A DNA stretch of 64,000 nt, taken from contig NW_002060943.1 in NCBI RefSeq assembly GCF_000150275.1, positions 9,642,209-9,706,208 of the forward strand, in the 5' to 3' direction. Made by a program: the position numbers and the translations under genes. Below, one piece after another: positions 28,841 to 41,400 of this stretch (within the stretch, counting starts at the first letter, position 1; each line of letters starts with the position of its first letter). The notes beneath the pieces were generated by a model. It searched no databases. It saw nothing but the letters and a program-made list of their open reading frames with translations, and had not been told where the DNA came from. This DNA is from Trichoplax adhaerens. Its lineage: Eukaryota > Animalia > Placozoa.

Positions 28841-28986
28841 ACGTAACCGTCTAATAGTTACAAAATTGTCGATTTGACGAATCCGCAGCACTATAATGTG
28901 GCAATGCCAGTACCTATTGCCTTGTGCACTATGTGAACGTAACCGTCTAATAGCTACGACAATAGTCAAGTTGACGAATCCACAGT
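28841..28986. repeat. Imperfect direct duplication of about 48 bp, period 96 bp
   Basis: acgtaaccgtctaatag(t/c)tac...ttgacgaatcc(g/a)cag starting at 28841 and 28937. Confidence 0.8.
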
Positions 28987-29571
28987 GGTATTTTGTATCG
29001 TACTGAGAAGTCACTCCAAACTCCAATTGGCAACTTTGATCCTAGTACACTAATCCACAGTACTGTAACACAGGCATGTGGCATTGTGACGCCGATATGG
29101 GATACTGTTTAGCTACTTACAGTTAATTAATTGGTTAGCTCTATGATAATTAATTATAAATTAATTATGAGAATCAGGATAATTTTAAAAACGAAAAAAA
29201 TAGTTGCAATTTACAATAAGTTGCATAATGTTTTAATTATGATTTGCAACTGCTAGTAATTCTAAGCATTACGAGAGAGGATTTTGAAAGTGTTGCGTTG
29301 TTAAATCGCTGCAAGCGAATTTATTTTTTATAAAATTAGCATGAAACATGAGCAACATAGGCATTAAGAAATCATAAAATCAATAACTCAAACTACAAGT
29401 GCTTGAGTTCGGTGGTACGTGTATAGATTCACGAATTAGATCACTCATTCAAATTTAAATTTCGTCGCTTTATATTATACAAACAAAAATGCATTGTCAG
29501 TAAGCCCAAGATGTTACACTTTCTATTCAAGGTACTATACATCGTGTATCGCGTACTTTATAACAAGTCAA

Positions 29572-32064
29572 TTAATAATTTTCAGCCATCATCAACAGCA
29601 CCAGTGACGTCCATCCATTAAACGGGTGGGCACCTTGGCCTTTTCCTGTCTGAGGATCATAATTTTCCCAAAAGTAACCAGTTCGTTGATATTCCTTGAA
29701 TACAGTATTTACCACATTGTTGCGCAATTTGATATATAAATCATTAGCCACTTCTTTGTAAGGACCCTTCACACTTCTATAGAAATGAAGGGCGCGAACA
29801 ACTAAAAAGTTCATATTAATCCAAATCGGTCCACGCCAGTAGGGAGGATCGCTTTCAGTATTCCACTTAAAATAAAAGGTATCAGTCTTAGCTAAAGATC
29901 GCAACCCGTAGTCTGTCCATAACAACTCAGGTTTGCTTAAATCCTCCAAAATTTTTTTCAAATTAGTAGATGACGCCGGCAGTAAATGCATTAAGAATGG
30001 AAATAGATTTACATATCCGAAATGGTGAACAAATCGTAAGGATGGGCCTTTCTTAGAAGAGACTACTCTTCTTGTATATAGCACCTGACCTTGAGCATTC
30101 AAGACCTTTTTTAATTTAACATATTTTGTGTGATTTCCATAATCGCAATATGTTTCAGTCCGGGGCGACCAATGTAATCTATCTAATTCCAAAACATCAG
30201 ACAAGGACACAAATTGGCGAGCATAGTAGATTGCTTCTTTACGTTTATCTACCGTGACTGCTAAATGGTGCATGTAACCGACAAACGCAGTCATCCAGCA
30301 TCTTAGATCGACATGAGCTTCAGCTACAGAAGGATGCGAGGCTCTTGGATAATCATCCAAACCGGAAGCCAAAGTCTTAGCGTTAAGTTCATTAACAGCT
30401 TCTTCACTTCGACCTTGCCAACGGAATGTTCCAGGAATATTGCCCCTTTGTGTTGAGTTAAACCAGTTAAACCATGCATGTAACTTCGGAAATAATAACT
30501 GAAAATAGAGGCGGTGTTCTTTAGAGAGTTTCTTATTCTTTGCTTCTAATTCACTTTGAATAGAGTGTAAAGCTAGCATGAGTGTAGGAGGATTAGCAAT
30601 TCGATTATTTTGTACGATAAACTTCGCTGGGACTCTAGAGCGAGCTTCGTCTCCTAGTATTTGTTCTCGGGGAATCCACCCTTCGGCATTAATTAAATCT
30701 AGCCAGTAGGCAATGATTTCCATTGAAAGATCTAAATCCCATTTACATATTAGCAACTGATGAAAGCCTTCATCCCACAGAAATCCACGAGGAAAAAATG
30801 ATCTCGACGGCGTACCAGTTAATAATGGTGCTTCAAAATAGTCTGTGGCATCTTTGAAAAATTCAGATATGACTTTAGATTCTCCATGAAAATATCCTAT
30901 ACCACCTAATGTACTGCTTAACGCGGCCTTTCCAAATTGAATGTAGTCGTTGTTAAATCCCGATGCACCAAGTTTAAATTTTTCTTCAAACTTTTTATTG
31001 AATTCTTCTTGTCGAGTTTTAATTAAATGCGTTAATGCATTATCTAAGACCGGGTAAGCTCGGACGTTATCGGCCGCTTGTGATTCGTAGATAATTTCGA
31101 ACTCAATCGGAATTCTACCAGTTACCTGGTACAGTATAAGATTATCAGCAAGTGATTTAGTAGGATCATTTGTGGGTCTCCCGTCAAATAGTCCGTAGTA
31201 ACGGACATTTCTTTCAGATTTAATAGGTCGCATGTTAGCCGAAACGAATTCCTTCATCGAATAAAAGTAGGGTGTATTTGTTGATAGATAACGGCGGAGT
31301 TTGATATTTTGCGAACTACTAGCAGTGCGAAAAGCAATTTTGAAATTCTTTAACCTATTAGAATTTCCTGTTATTCCAGTAAAGTTGTAGTCATCATCAA
31401 GTTCTGGAAATAGTTCACCTGTACCTTCTTGGCCTACGTAGAATATCAGGGTTATTTCTCTATTTTTCGGGCTACCAGGTAATATAGAGCTAGAAATTCT
31501 AACACTCCAATCGCCCCCATAATCGCCAATTGATCTCGTAACAAAATCAGTTTTAATCTCGTAGCCAAAATCAGTGATCTGCTGTCGACCATATGAGGAA
31601 CCGTCGTGGGAATACCAACCATATTTTGGTAATTTATCAGCCATGCTGCATTCGTGGCGTATTTGAATTTGTCCATTGGTATTGTCATTTGCAAACCACA
31701 TAAGTCCTGTAATTAACGATTTCTGGCCTTTGTGACGCATCCCGAAGTATACTTGTGGCCTGTAAGAACCCCAGAAACGATTCATTTTGTTATCGTAATA
31801 AGAAGCAGCTGAAGGAACATTTAACTTAGTATATAGACGGCTCCTCTGATAAATATAAAATGCAAACATAATAGAAAGGATGAACAATCCACTGAGGATG
31901 TACATTAAACCAATGTTATATCTGCCCCCTAAAACTATCCTTATTCTCTCCACTAGGCTAAGGCGAGATATTTTTTGGTCTTTGGTTCGGGTCTCTTTCC
32001 CATGAGTGGAGCTAACAGGGCTGCTTCGCTGAGCTGAATCTTTAACACGTTTTAAAGCCGGCAT
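29572..32064 (-). CDS. MOGS: Mannosyl-oligosaccharide glucosidase (ER glucosidase I, GH63), single coding exon
   Basis: Type II transmembrane anchor; FWGSYRPQVYFGM; PSRSFFPRGFLWDEGFHQL; GWIPREQILGDEAR; LASGLDDYPRA; YWRGPIWINMN; PFNGWTSLV. The first ATG is at 32064 (the track ORF opens on TTG). Confidence 0.97.
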   Translation of the reverse strand: MPALKRVKDSAQRSSPVSSTHGKETRTKDQKISRLSLVERIRIVLGGRYNIGLMYILSGLFILSIMFAFYIYQRSRLYTKLNVPSAASYYDNKMNRFWGSYRPQVYFGMRHKGQKSLITGLMWFANDNTNGQIQIRHECSMADKLPKYGWYSHDGSSYGRQQITDFGYEIKTDFVTRSIGDYGGDWSVRISSSILPGSPKNREITLIFYVGQEGTGELFPELDDDYNFTGITGNSNRLKNFKIAFRTASSSQNIKLRRYLSTNTPYFYSMKEFVSANMRPIKSERNVRYYGLFDGRPTNDPTKSLADNLILYQVTGRIPIEFEIIYESQAADNVRAYPVLDNALTHLIKTRQEEFNKKFEEKFKLGASGFNNDYIQFGKAALSSTLGGIGYFHGESKVISEFFKDATDYFEAPLLTGTPSRSFFPRGFLWDEGFHQLLICKWDLDLSMEIIAYWLDLINAEGWIPREQILGDEARSRVPAKFIVQNNRIANPPTLMLALHSIQSELEAKNKKLSKEHRLYFQLLFPKLHAWFNWFNSTQRGNIPGTFRWQGRSEEAVNELNAKTLASGLDDYPRASHPSVAEAHVDLRCWMTAFVGYMHHLAVTVDKRKEAIYYARQFVSLSDVLELDRLHWSPRTETYCDYGNHTKYVKLKKVLNAQGQVLYTRRVVSSKKGPSLRFVHHFGYVNLFPFLMHLLPASSTNLKKILEDLSKPELLWTDYGLRSLAKTDTFYFKWNTESDPPYWRGPIWINMNFLVVRALHFYRSVKGPYKEVANDLYIKLRNNVVNTVFKEYQRTGYFWENYDPQTGKGQGAHPFNGWTSLVLLMMAENY

Positions 32065-32289
32065 CTCCTTCTGTTTGCTGTTTTTAAGGTATGTATCAAC
32101 TCTATACGAGTGTACTCCAATGGTTCTATTCAATTAAACGTAAAGAACGAAGTTGGGCTTTACTTCCTGCGCAAAGCATTGGTTTTCTGCGTAGATTTAC
32201 AATTAGCATAGGGTAGATGGCAATACTACAACCCCAATCGCATTTTTTATCAATTAATTAAATAAATAGCAGGAGGGCTCAATCAAGGA

Positions 32290-32420
32290 GGTACTGTACA
32301 GTACAGTACAGTACTGTACAGCACTGTACAGTACATGTACTGTACCGTACTGTACCGTACAGTACAGTACCATGATACTGTAGAATGTACTGTACGGTAC
32401 GGTACCGTACAGTACTGTCA
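32290..32420. repeat. (TACAG/TACCG)n island upstream of MOGS
   Basis: gtactgtacagtacagtacagtactgtacagcactgtacagtac... Confidence 0.9.
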
Positions 32421-32825
32421 TCAGACTATGGTACTATAATTTCCCACAAAAAGTGAAGGTTCAACAGAAATTGTTTCTACGGAGTTGAAAGTTCCCGTTT
32501 CTTCTTCATCTTTTGAGATGAGATCATTCTTGAGTGATTTTAGTTGAAAGCTCAGTATTAAAAAGTTAGGAGCAGAAGTTATTACATTCCAACAGTAAAT
32601 TATAATTACTAATACTGTAGTTTGAGTTTTACAGGAATACAGTATTTGATATTATGGCTAGGTAGTTACTTTCTATACAGTACTTGTGCAAGCTTCCATA
32701 TTATACAGTACAGTACACTGGATTTATACTGTACACATATCTATTGTCCAAATCACACGTTGAATTGTACCACAGATTTTTTTCAACTAGTTATAATATA
32801 AAAGCGTGATATCCTGACGTAACAT

Positions 32826-32952
32826 CCTTCGATAGCTCAGTTGGTAGAGCGGAGGACTGTAGATGAATTGTACCAGTCCGCAGTATGTGCTAAGTACTGT
32901 GTAAATGGTAACAGATATCCTTAGGTCGCTGGTTCGAATCCGGCTCGAAGGA
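32826..32952 (+). tRNA. trnY-GTA: tRNA-Tyr(GTA) with a 54-nt intron (32863-32916)
   Basis: CCTTCGATAGCTCAGTTGGTAGAGCGGAGGACTGTAG [intron] ATCCTTAGGTCGCTGGTTCGAATCCGGCTCGAAGGA. Intron sits at the canonical 37/38 position. T-run terminator directly downstream; TATA-like element at about 32791-32803. Confidence 0.97.
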
Positions 32953-32967
32953 ATTTTTTTCTTTTTT

Positions 32968-33210
32968 GTATACTGTAATTGTACAGTACTTTACTGTACT
33001 GTACTGTACTGTACACCTGTCGATGATTTGATTCAAGTAATCGTAAAGTACTGTATCATGCAGTTTTAGTATTTTGTCTTTGGTTGCGAATGTTTGGTCG
33101 AGTGAATACAAAACTGTACAGTACTGTACAGTTCAGTACAGTAGGTAAAAATTCTACAAGTTTACAATACTGTACAGTACAGCAAGATAAAAATTAAAAA
33201 TACGGTACTG
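32968..33210. repeat. (TACAG)n island between tRNA-Tyr and CFAP20DC
   Basis: tactgtactgtactgtactgtac and tacagtactgtacag copies. Confidence 0.8.
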
Positions 33211-33360
33211 CAGATTCCTAAAATTCTTAGTGATTGTAAATTCTGCGACATCAGAAATCCCTAGAGCAGATCAATAACCGAATCCCATTGGTTTGTGGCT
33301 AGAAGATTTCGATCCTAGCAGAGTCATCTTAAAAGAGGGATTTGCCATCCATCGAGATTA

Positions 33361-36300
33361 ATGTTTAAAAACACCTATCAAGTAAGTGAGAGCTGAAGAA
33401 ATAAATCCGACGCCATGACGTTGTACAAGCCCAGTATTCAATTACAGTACATCGAAAGTTATTTACATTACTGTACGGTTATCTCCGAGATTTACTTTTG
33501 TAGTTATATAATTATTATTTAATAATCACACTGGAAGATTGCTTGTAAAGTAAAACTACATGTACGCGTATGTGTAACCTTCTTAAGGGTGGTCCTTATT
33601 TCGAAGTATTTAATGCTCAATTGAGCGATTCCTTACAAAAGAAATGGAAGATATTTGGACCTTCATCGGCCATACGAAAGGTACTCGGATAAGTGTCAAG
33701 AATATAGTACTGAACTGTACATTCATGAGAATTTTTAGTTTTATCGTTGATTTCGATAGTTCTTACTGTATGACAGTACTGTATAATCATCATTACTGAC
33801 AATACTACAGAAATATTACCAATTATTTGTACCCTCTGCGTAGTTGTAATGCTTAGCAGAATTTCAATATCGTGGCGAGAATTTTTGTCATCTGAAGGTG
33901 TTCGTATACCTATGTGTAACATATATTTCATGGTATTTATCACTCTAGTCAAAAATAATAATTTATAGATTATATTATGTATACAATATGATACATCCTG
34001 TACGCCCTGTACTTAGTACAATGAATTACTTACAGTAAATTACCGATACTGTAATTATACTATAATTTAGTAATCCATAGCGCTGCAGCGCACCGTACCA
34101 GTGTTATTCAAAATAATATTGTTAGCCCGTGATATTACTGTATGAGAAATGACTGAATCTAGTTACGAGTAGTTACGATAGTACAGTAGATATCATTGGT
34201 GTTGAGAACACAGTACAGTAGGTTGGATAGTTAATGACTTGTGCTAAATTAGTTAAAAGTTAAATACTGTTTCTAATAAACTACTTGCTTTCAATAAACT
34301 AATTATGCTCCGTTATCATTAGGAGTACAGTAGAGAGTGTAAAAGTTGGGTTTTGGTACTGGAAGGAGACGCTGTGGTGACTAAAATTCGATTACCCAAA
34401 GATGATAAAGAGAATTGTATGAATTTTTTATTGCTAATACTAGTAATTTTATCATGGTTAATTAATCGTACCTATTAATTTCTCTACTCTGTATGTTGTA
34501 AATAAAATTTTTGAAATTATGAGAGTGCAATATAAGCGCGGACGTATATTGCACTATTTAATGCAGACGCCAAGGCATTATTATTTTAGTGATCGAATTC
34601 GTTTTATTCAAGTTGTAAATATGCAGTACACTTATAATATGTAGCTAAATAGCCATGGCCTTTTTCTGTCTGTAATTAATTAGTATGCCTTTTACAACCA
34701 TTCTGCATCTTACAAGTTAAGATATCGCCTGGCCTAAGGGGATTTTCAGCAGATTTTAGGTGATAAGTTCCCATTTATGTGTGGTGTTAAAAAAAATTGT
34801 TAAATAGCTTACAGTTAATTAACCGTATATAATTAATAATTTAACAACTATAGTATACTTGATACAAGGAATAACAGAAGGCGAATTTTCTTGTCAACAA
34901 TGCATAAGGAATTATCGGTTACTCCATTGCATGCAAAAGTTCCGCTTGTGATTGCGCAACGAGGGATGGTAAGTAACGGAAGCGCCATTTGGTACTTAGC
35001 CATCATAAAGTATCTTATGATATTTACAACTATAAATTCTAGTGGTTAAATCTCTGTCTGGATATGCAATCCTTGGTGAATCGATCATTTAAAGGCTCTA
35101 TTTTGCGTTCCATCGAATCCATAACAATCCACGCTAATTGCAAGATCAGGAGGATTTTTACTATGAAAAACCAGCCGATTGATTCAGCATCTGAGAATGG
35201 TGAAAGTCATTAAGATTAAAAATGATTGCGATTCGTTATATTTTCAGATTTTTATAATTTTATCTCCAGTACAGTATCTATAACCACTAGAACTGCATGA
35301 TTTTTCTAATTAATTTCAAGATAATGCAATACCAAAGCCAATGCGGCTCAATACCGAGAGTTCCAGTTACACACAAGTTAGCAGGATGGTCATGGTACTT
35401 TAAGATTTTTTTAAAGTAACTCAAACGTACGTTTTTTTAATTCAGATCTTTAACATGGAAAGCGTTACTCATTTGGAAGATAACACTCCTACTAGCAAAA
35501 GTTTTACCGTTCTAGGAAGGGGTATTGGCAATATTTTGTATGTTATGTATGTATGAGTGTCTTACTGTCAAGCATTCCACTTGTATGATAGATTCTTCCA
35601 CCAATGTACCATCTAAAAGCTTCGAAAGAATTAGTAATATCGAAATAAAGTTTACTTCAGGCGAGAAGACTATTAAAACATTGGTATACCCGAAAAATGT
35701 TTAGTTTGCCAAGTTTAAGAAATATAACACTTAATTACGTAGCTTATCACCTTATCCAATGTTAAAATATACTATTTCCAGGTTAGTGACTGTGAAAAAA
35801 TCAAAAGTGAGCGAGGTGTTAGTATTTACAAATTTCGAAATTCAGAACAGATGCAAAACAATGAAGGTGCCACATCTTTCTATATCGAACAATGCAATGT
35901 GCTGCGTACTTCCAAATATCGTGATTATCCTGCTCTATTTGATTAAATTAATTATAAGGCATTTTTATTACTGTAGGATCTGAAATTGTCGGCCGGAAAG
36001 ATGTCATACCGATTAGTTATGTGGCTGAGTATCGTTCAAATCTCCAATCTAAAATTGGATATGGGTCTTTAAAGATCCCGGCTAATGGATATTCTGCAGA
36101 ATACGATTGCAACGGCAATACCGATAACCATGCATGGATCACTGTAGATATAAGAACAGGAGAAAAATTATTTACATTCTTTTCTTTTCCAATTTCTGTT
36201 CGATCGGAGCAATCGAACATTGGTGTCGATTATGATACCATCGCCTTAGGAAACTTAGGTGAATGTAAGTGCCAAACAAGAACAGGATTAAATTATAAAT

Positions 36301-37680
36301 TCTATTATTTTGTTTGATTCCTACAATATGTAGCCTAACAATCAATATATGCATTCACAGACTATCCACAATTCGTAGATCATGAAAGTCATAGTCGAAT
36401 TAATCATTCAGACTATACCTTAAACTGCAACCAATACGACGAAATCGATGTTAAGGGAGATGGCAATGACAGAAATACCGCTAACAATATCAACCTACAA
36501 TTTGAGGAAACAACTGATAATCGTATAGGTGACAAGGTGTACAGAAAAACTTACAATCTTAGGGGTTTAGTATTTATAGTATTGCAAAAAGAATATTTTA
36601 GCTAGCATTAGGCCTAATTTAATGCAAGCAAGAATTTAAGAAGTTTCGATTAAGTACTGTATTCGTAATAAATCTGGCTTGTTGTATGCTTTATACAACA
36701 TACTAGGGTTCCACAACAACAAAGGAGATACTCGGAGTTAATAGTTGTAAGGAATCGGAAATAGAAAGTGTAATAAGATCTGTTTGCGGGGTCAACACTA
36801 ATCGTGACAATAGGATACTATCTAAGGCTAGTCTGAAATCTAGCTTACTGAGGGAAATTTCGCAGACAACTATTTCCCAGGTACTATATAGCAATCAATT
36901 TTGTAACTGCAGTTAGTATAATATGCATTGGTATGCATAGTATTTAGAAAGAACTTAGCAAATATTGTTTATTTCTTTAATCAAATATCTACAGGATGAT
37001 GATTGGAAAGATTTAAATTTATATGGCGATTCCAGAACTCTTTATGACTGTTCTACTGATCATATCCCGGATTTTGTCAGCTCCCATCGCTTACCAAAGA
37101 ACTTTGGAGAGAGCATCACTATTGACGAAGATACGGCATCATCAAGTGAAAACGAAGACAGTACTCCTGGGAAACGATACCCGGTGAGCGAATTTAACGT
37201 GTTTATGCAATTATAAAGTTATTTTCCAATTAGCTACTAAGTTGATTGTTTCATTCAAGGCTCAATCAATCATAAGCCGATATGTAAGCGAAATAAGGCA
37301 TAATAATGTTCTAGCTAGCTTCCAGTCAAATACAAGGTAGGTTAGCTACCACCCTATGTGGTTAATAGTCATATCTAGTATTTAGTATGCCTTACAAGTC
37401 TAGTAATGGCTTCAGGTGAAGAGCGGTATGTTGGGTCTAACTCTATGTTTATCGTGATGTTAGGGAGTGCGCGCCTGTATTCAGTCCCGATGTTAATTTA
37501 TCAGCTGTGTCTATTGACTCCAATAGTAAATGGCAAATTCTTTCTTCCGGGGACGATGGTAATTGCTCTACCGCCCAGAATTTAAGACAAACTGGCGAGG
37601 TGTTGGACCTGCTGTATGATTCGCAACTAAATTGCTACTTTGATCCTAAAACGTACAAATATTACGAACTCATTGACTAA
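33361..37680 (+). CDS. CFAP20DC: CFAP20 domain-containing protein (C3orf67 ortholog), multi-exon
   Basis: MFKNTYQ|GGPYFEVFNAQ...KWKIFG; WVLVLEG...KIRLPKD; TPLHAKVPL; HANCKIRRIFTMK. Conserved C-terminus EVLDLLYDSQLNCYFDPKTYKYYELID*. Confidence 0.88.
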
Positions 37681-38499
37681 ATTTACTATTTTACTAGCAA
37701 TAGTTGTATAGCCTGACTGCAAAATATGACAAAATAGCTATTTTAATAATCCAACTGCAATTATATAATACAATTAATTGTCAATAACCTTGATTCATAT
37801 TATTGAGTGAAGGCTTACCATACTAAATAAGACTTTTTACGTTACGTTAAGTGATTGATTTATTTAGTAATGTGTTACATAGCACAGAGCTAATACCGTT
37901 GCTTTGTATAATGCACTTTGTCAATGATTTACTGTACTCGAAATTTAAGTTATCTATGATATTCAGATTTTCAATCTAAAATAAAAGTTTTTAGCCTATT
38001 AATGCTTATTTTTAAGTTATCTTAGTTTAAATGTCCATTTTCCGATTTTATTTCTGCACCGTTATCGTTATTTACAGAAGGGAGGACATTACAATGCAAT
38101 TAAGCATATAAGGTATTATATTTTTGGCATCTATTATGATGTAGGATGCTAGAATTATAATTGCTCCTTTAGTAATCGAAGATCGTGAGCGATGCTTGTG
38201 CTTAGAGATAAGATTACAGATTACTATACAGCTTTCTAAGTTTCATTACAAAAGCAACGTTAGAATTCTCAAACTACCGTATAACTCAGTCTGAGATATT
38301 GTAATTAATTTAAAGTTGTTAAGCGACAATTATGTTCAAAACTATTTTAACCGAATCAGATATTCTAGTGGGTAAGCAGTTGGAACTATCGACAAAACGC
38401 AACGTCCTAAAGTTAAATATGTATAGTAAGGCGCAGAATGCGTCTTGTAGATAACATGTAAAGAATCTCTGTATTATTGTCATGGCGTTGGTAAGGTAA

Positions 38500-41400
38500 T
38501 CAAGTCAGCTGGAATCTTCGAAATTTATTGTAATCCCAAAATTTCACCTTCACATTACGACCTCCAAAGTAACGACCATTAAGGGCAATTGCAGCTGAGA
38601 GATAAAAAAAAATAAGGCGTACATCCAAACCTATATAATGTGTTACTTTTAGCACAAGCAACGTACCTTTAACGGCAGATTCTTGTCTTTTAAATTCAAC
38701 AAATATTCTTACTGCAAGTTCTTCAGTAGCTTCGGGCAACTATATGGTTAAGAACAATTTAATGACTGACGCAGAGGACAAATTCTTTAGTTCAGTAATT
38801 CGATACTGACCTCGTGTATTAAGACACGTTCAACGGCTCCGTAACTATTGCATTCTTCAGCGATTTCTGGCTCTAAATCGTCATCTACCTCACCCTTGCC
38901 TACGATATTCTATGATCAATCAATAACGTATGTTTACTTTCAAGTAAGGGGTGAAATGACACGACTTTACTATAGCACAAGACATAATAAGGATTTACAA
39001 GCAAGTTCTTACGGTTAAAAGGATAACTTTAGAAGGATTACCAAGACCGGTAGCCGATGCGCTCGTGGTGATATCTGTCGGCTTTGATGCTGTATCGATA
39101 ATAATAGCGTTATATTGTGGTTTCATGCGCGGTAACAGTATTTAGAACTATTAAAATTTGCATTTGATATACGCCTACAGCCTTACATACAATCTAATAT
39201 TTTTCCATCGCTTTTTCCGAGTTTTTCTACTTGTAGTGCTCTACTAATACCTTGTCCATCTTTACCTAATCCTGTTTGGAATAACACATCAACCAATAAG
39301 TCCATTGCCATATCTAATTAATGTTATCAAAGCTGTGTCAATATGACAAGGCTAAGATATAGGTTCTGTACACTTATTAGCTGCCACAAACATGCATATT
39401 TCAAAACTAAACACTATCATCACAAAAACCATGGTAAATTCCGATATATCACCACAGTACAAGGCATTTTATGACCAGAATTTAGGCAAAATCTTTAATT
39501 TCCATAGCATATGCATAGTCATAGTTTCAATGATTTCTAGCCCATTTCATGTTGTGAAAGACTTAGAAGTGTAACAATATCTCTTCTAACTATTCAGTCT
39601 ATACTCGATTGAAGTTATCACAGCTAGGCAATGTGATAAGTAACAAATAAAATACGACGTTATCAACGCTGATAGAAATTTGAACTGTTAGCAAAAATCG
39701 CTGAATGCGTGTTGAGGCTTTACTTAGTGACTGAACTATATAATTGGCCGATCAACCGCCATAGAAATTGTAATATATATAGTGCGGTATGAATCTATTT
39801 CAAAATTTGTTAAGAGATTTATGTGACTTGCAGAACTGCAACTGGCCAGGACAAGCTAGCACATTGCTCAAATATTTACGCTATTCAAAAGTTACTTTCG
39901 ATCATTATGAAATAAATTCCAAACTATTATGCTTCTATTAGCCTTCTGCAACGAAACCACACAAACGATGACGTATACATATTGAATAACTGTGCACTGT
40001 ACTGTACGTTACCATCGTTCCTTCCGATATAATGTAGTACCCGACGTAAGTAATATATAAGATTATTAAATACGGCGCAATTGCAAATAAAAAATTTAGT
40101 ATTTATTATTTATGTATCTTATTTACTTAATTAAATATATAAAATGAATATGTAGATTTTATGTTTGCTACATACGCTCGAAAAAATTTCACGATTGTTT
40201 TATCACCAAGTCATCAACTTTCCTAGTCCGTACTATTCGTAGTTTGTAAGCTACGTTACGTCTATTAAAGTTAAAGCTATTCAATAGACCGGTATTCCGT
40301 CGATAGGATCAGGACAAGACGTATAATGATCAAGTTTTGGTTTTAACGTGCAACTAATGTTCAGTGTAGTTCTGGATAAATACGACTGGTCTACTGAAAT
40401 TATCTACTATTCAAAAATAATGCATAAATTTTATTTTATCTACTTTATCCACATCTTGATAATTACAGCTAATCAGATTTAAATTGAATCATATAACTCG
40501 GAGACTGTAGCTATATACTGTAAAGCTGAAATAATACCTGCACTTTTTCTGACCAAATCATGTGTAATCATATGTAATTAATTGAGATTATCAATTTCCA
40601 CATAACGCATCTTAATCTGGCAAATAAAATTTTAAAATATAGCACCATACACGTATAGTATATGCAAAAAGGGCCAACCTAAACTAGTAGCTAGATCACC
40701 ACAATATTTATAGCAGTAACACAGAAATATTACAACAGTGTTGATTATATGTGCTACCGTATTCGTCACAAATTCGTAATGTGATGATACGAGTAAGTTA
40801 CCTTCGCCTTCTTTCCAACCGTACTTTGCCATAATCGAAGATGCAATTCTGATAAAGAAAGTGATTAAATGAGTTGGTAGTAAATTTTTAATTACACTTT
40901 TCTGCTAAATTTTGTATGATCTCTTACTGAGATTCAGTAAATTGATATTTTTACTGAATTCTTATCTCTAAATTAAGAAACTCATATAGTCTCACAAAGA
41001 TCCTCCACTCAACGCTTGATGTTGAGCCTTGCTTCGAAGACTATGATTAAGTTGCGCACGCTTTTGCTTTAATTCTTTCGTATCGAAGTTAAATTCACTA
41101 GATGCTTGCAGGTTCACTACCGGGAAAACAGATTAATAAATTTGACCTTACTACAATTAAGGATTATACTCTATTAGATGCTGTCACTTACCAGGTTTTT
41201 CAATGCAAGCTGTAAGAGAAGATGGCGGAGCAATGGCAGCACCCACACGTCTTTCTGAAAACAGATGCACGCATAGAATTTTAACGCTACCTGTATGTAC
41301 TGACAATCTTACTCTTTAATATATCGTATAGTCAATAGTATGAGAGAGCAAATATATGCTCAAGCTACCAGAATTTGAGGTTTCCTGTTTTTCAACAGAG

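Noticed and set aside
28841-28986. CRISPR-like repeat-spacer arrangement
   Set aside because: Only two diverged copies, eukaryotic context, no cas genes.
32065-32133. N-terminal 23-aa extension of MOGS in the ORF track
   Set aside because: It begins at a non-ATG codon; the first ATG is at 32064.
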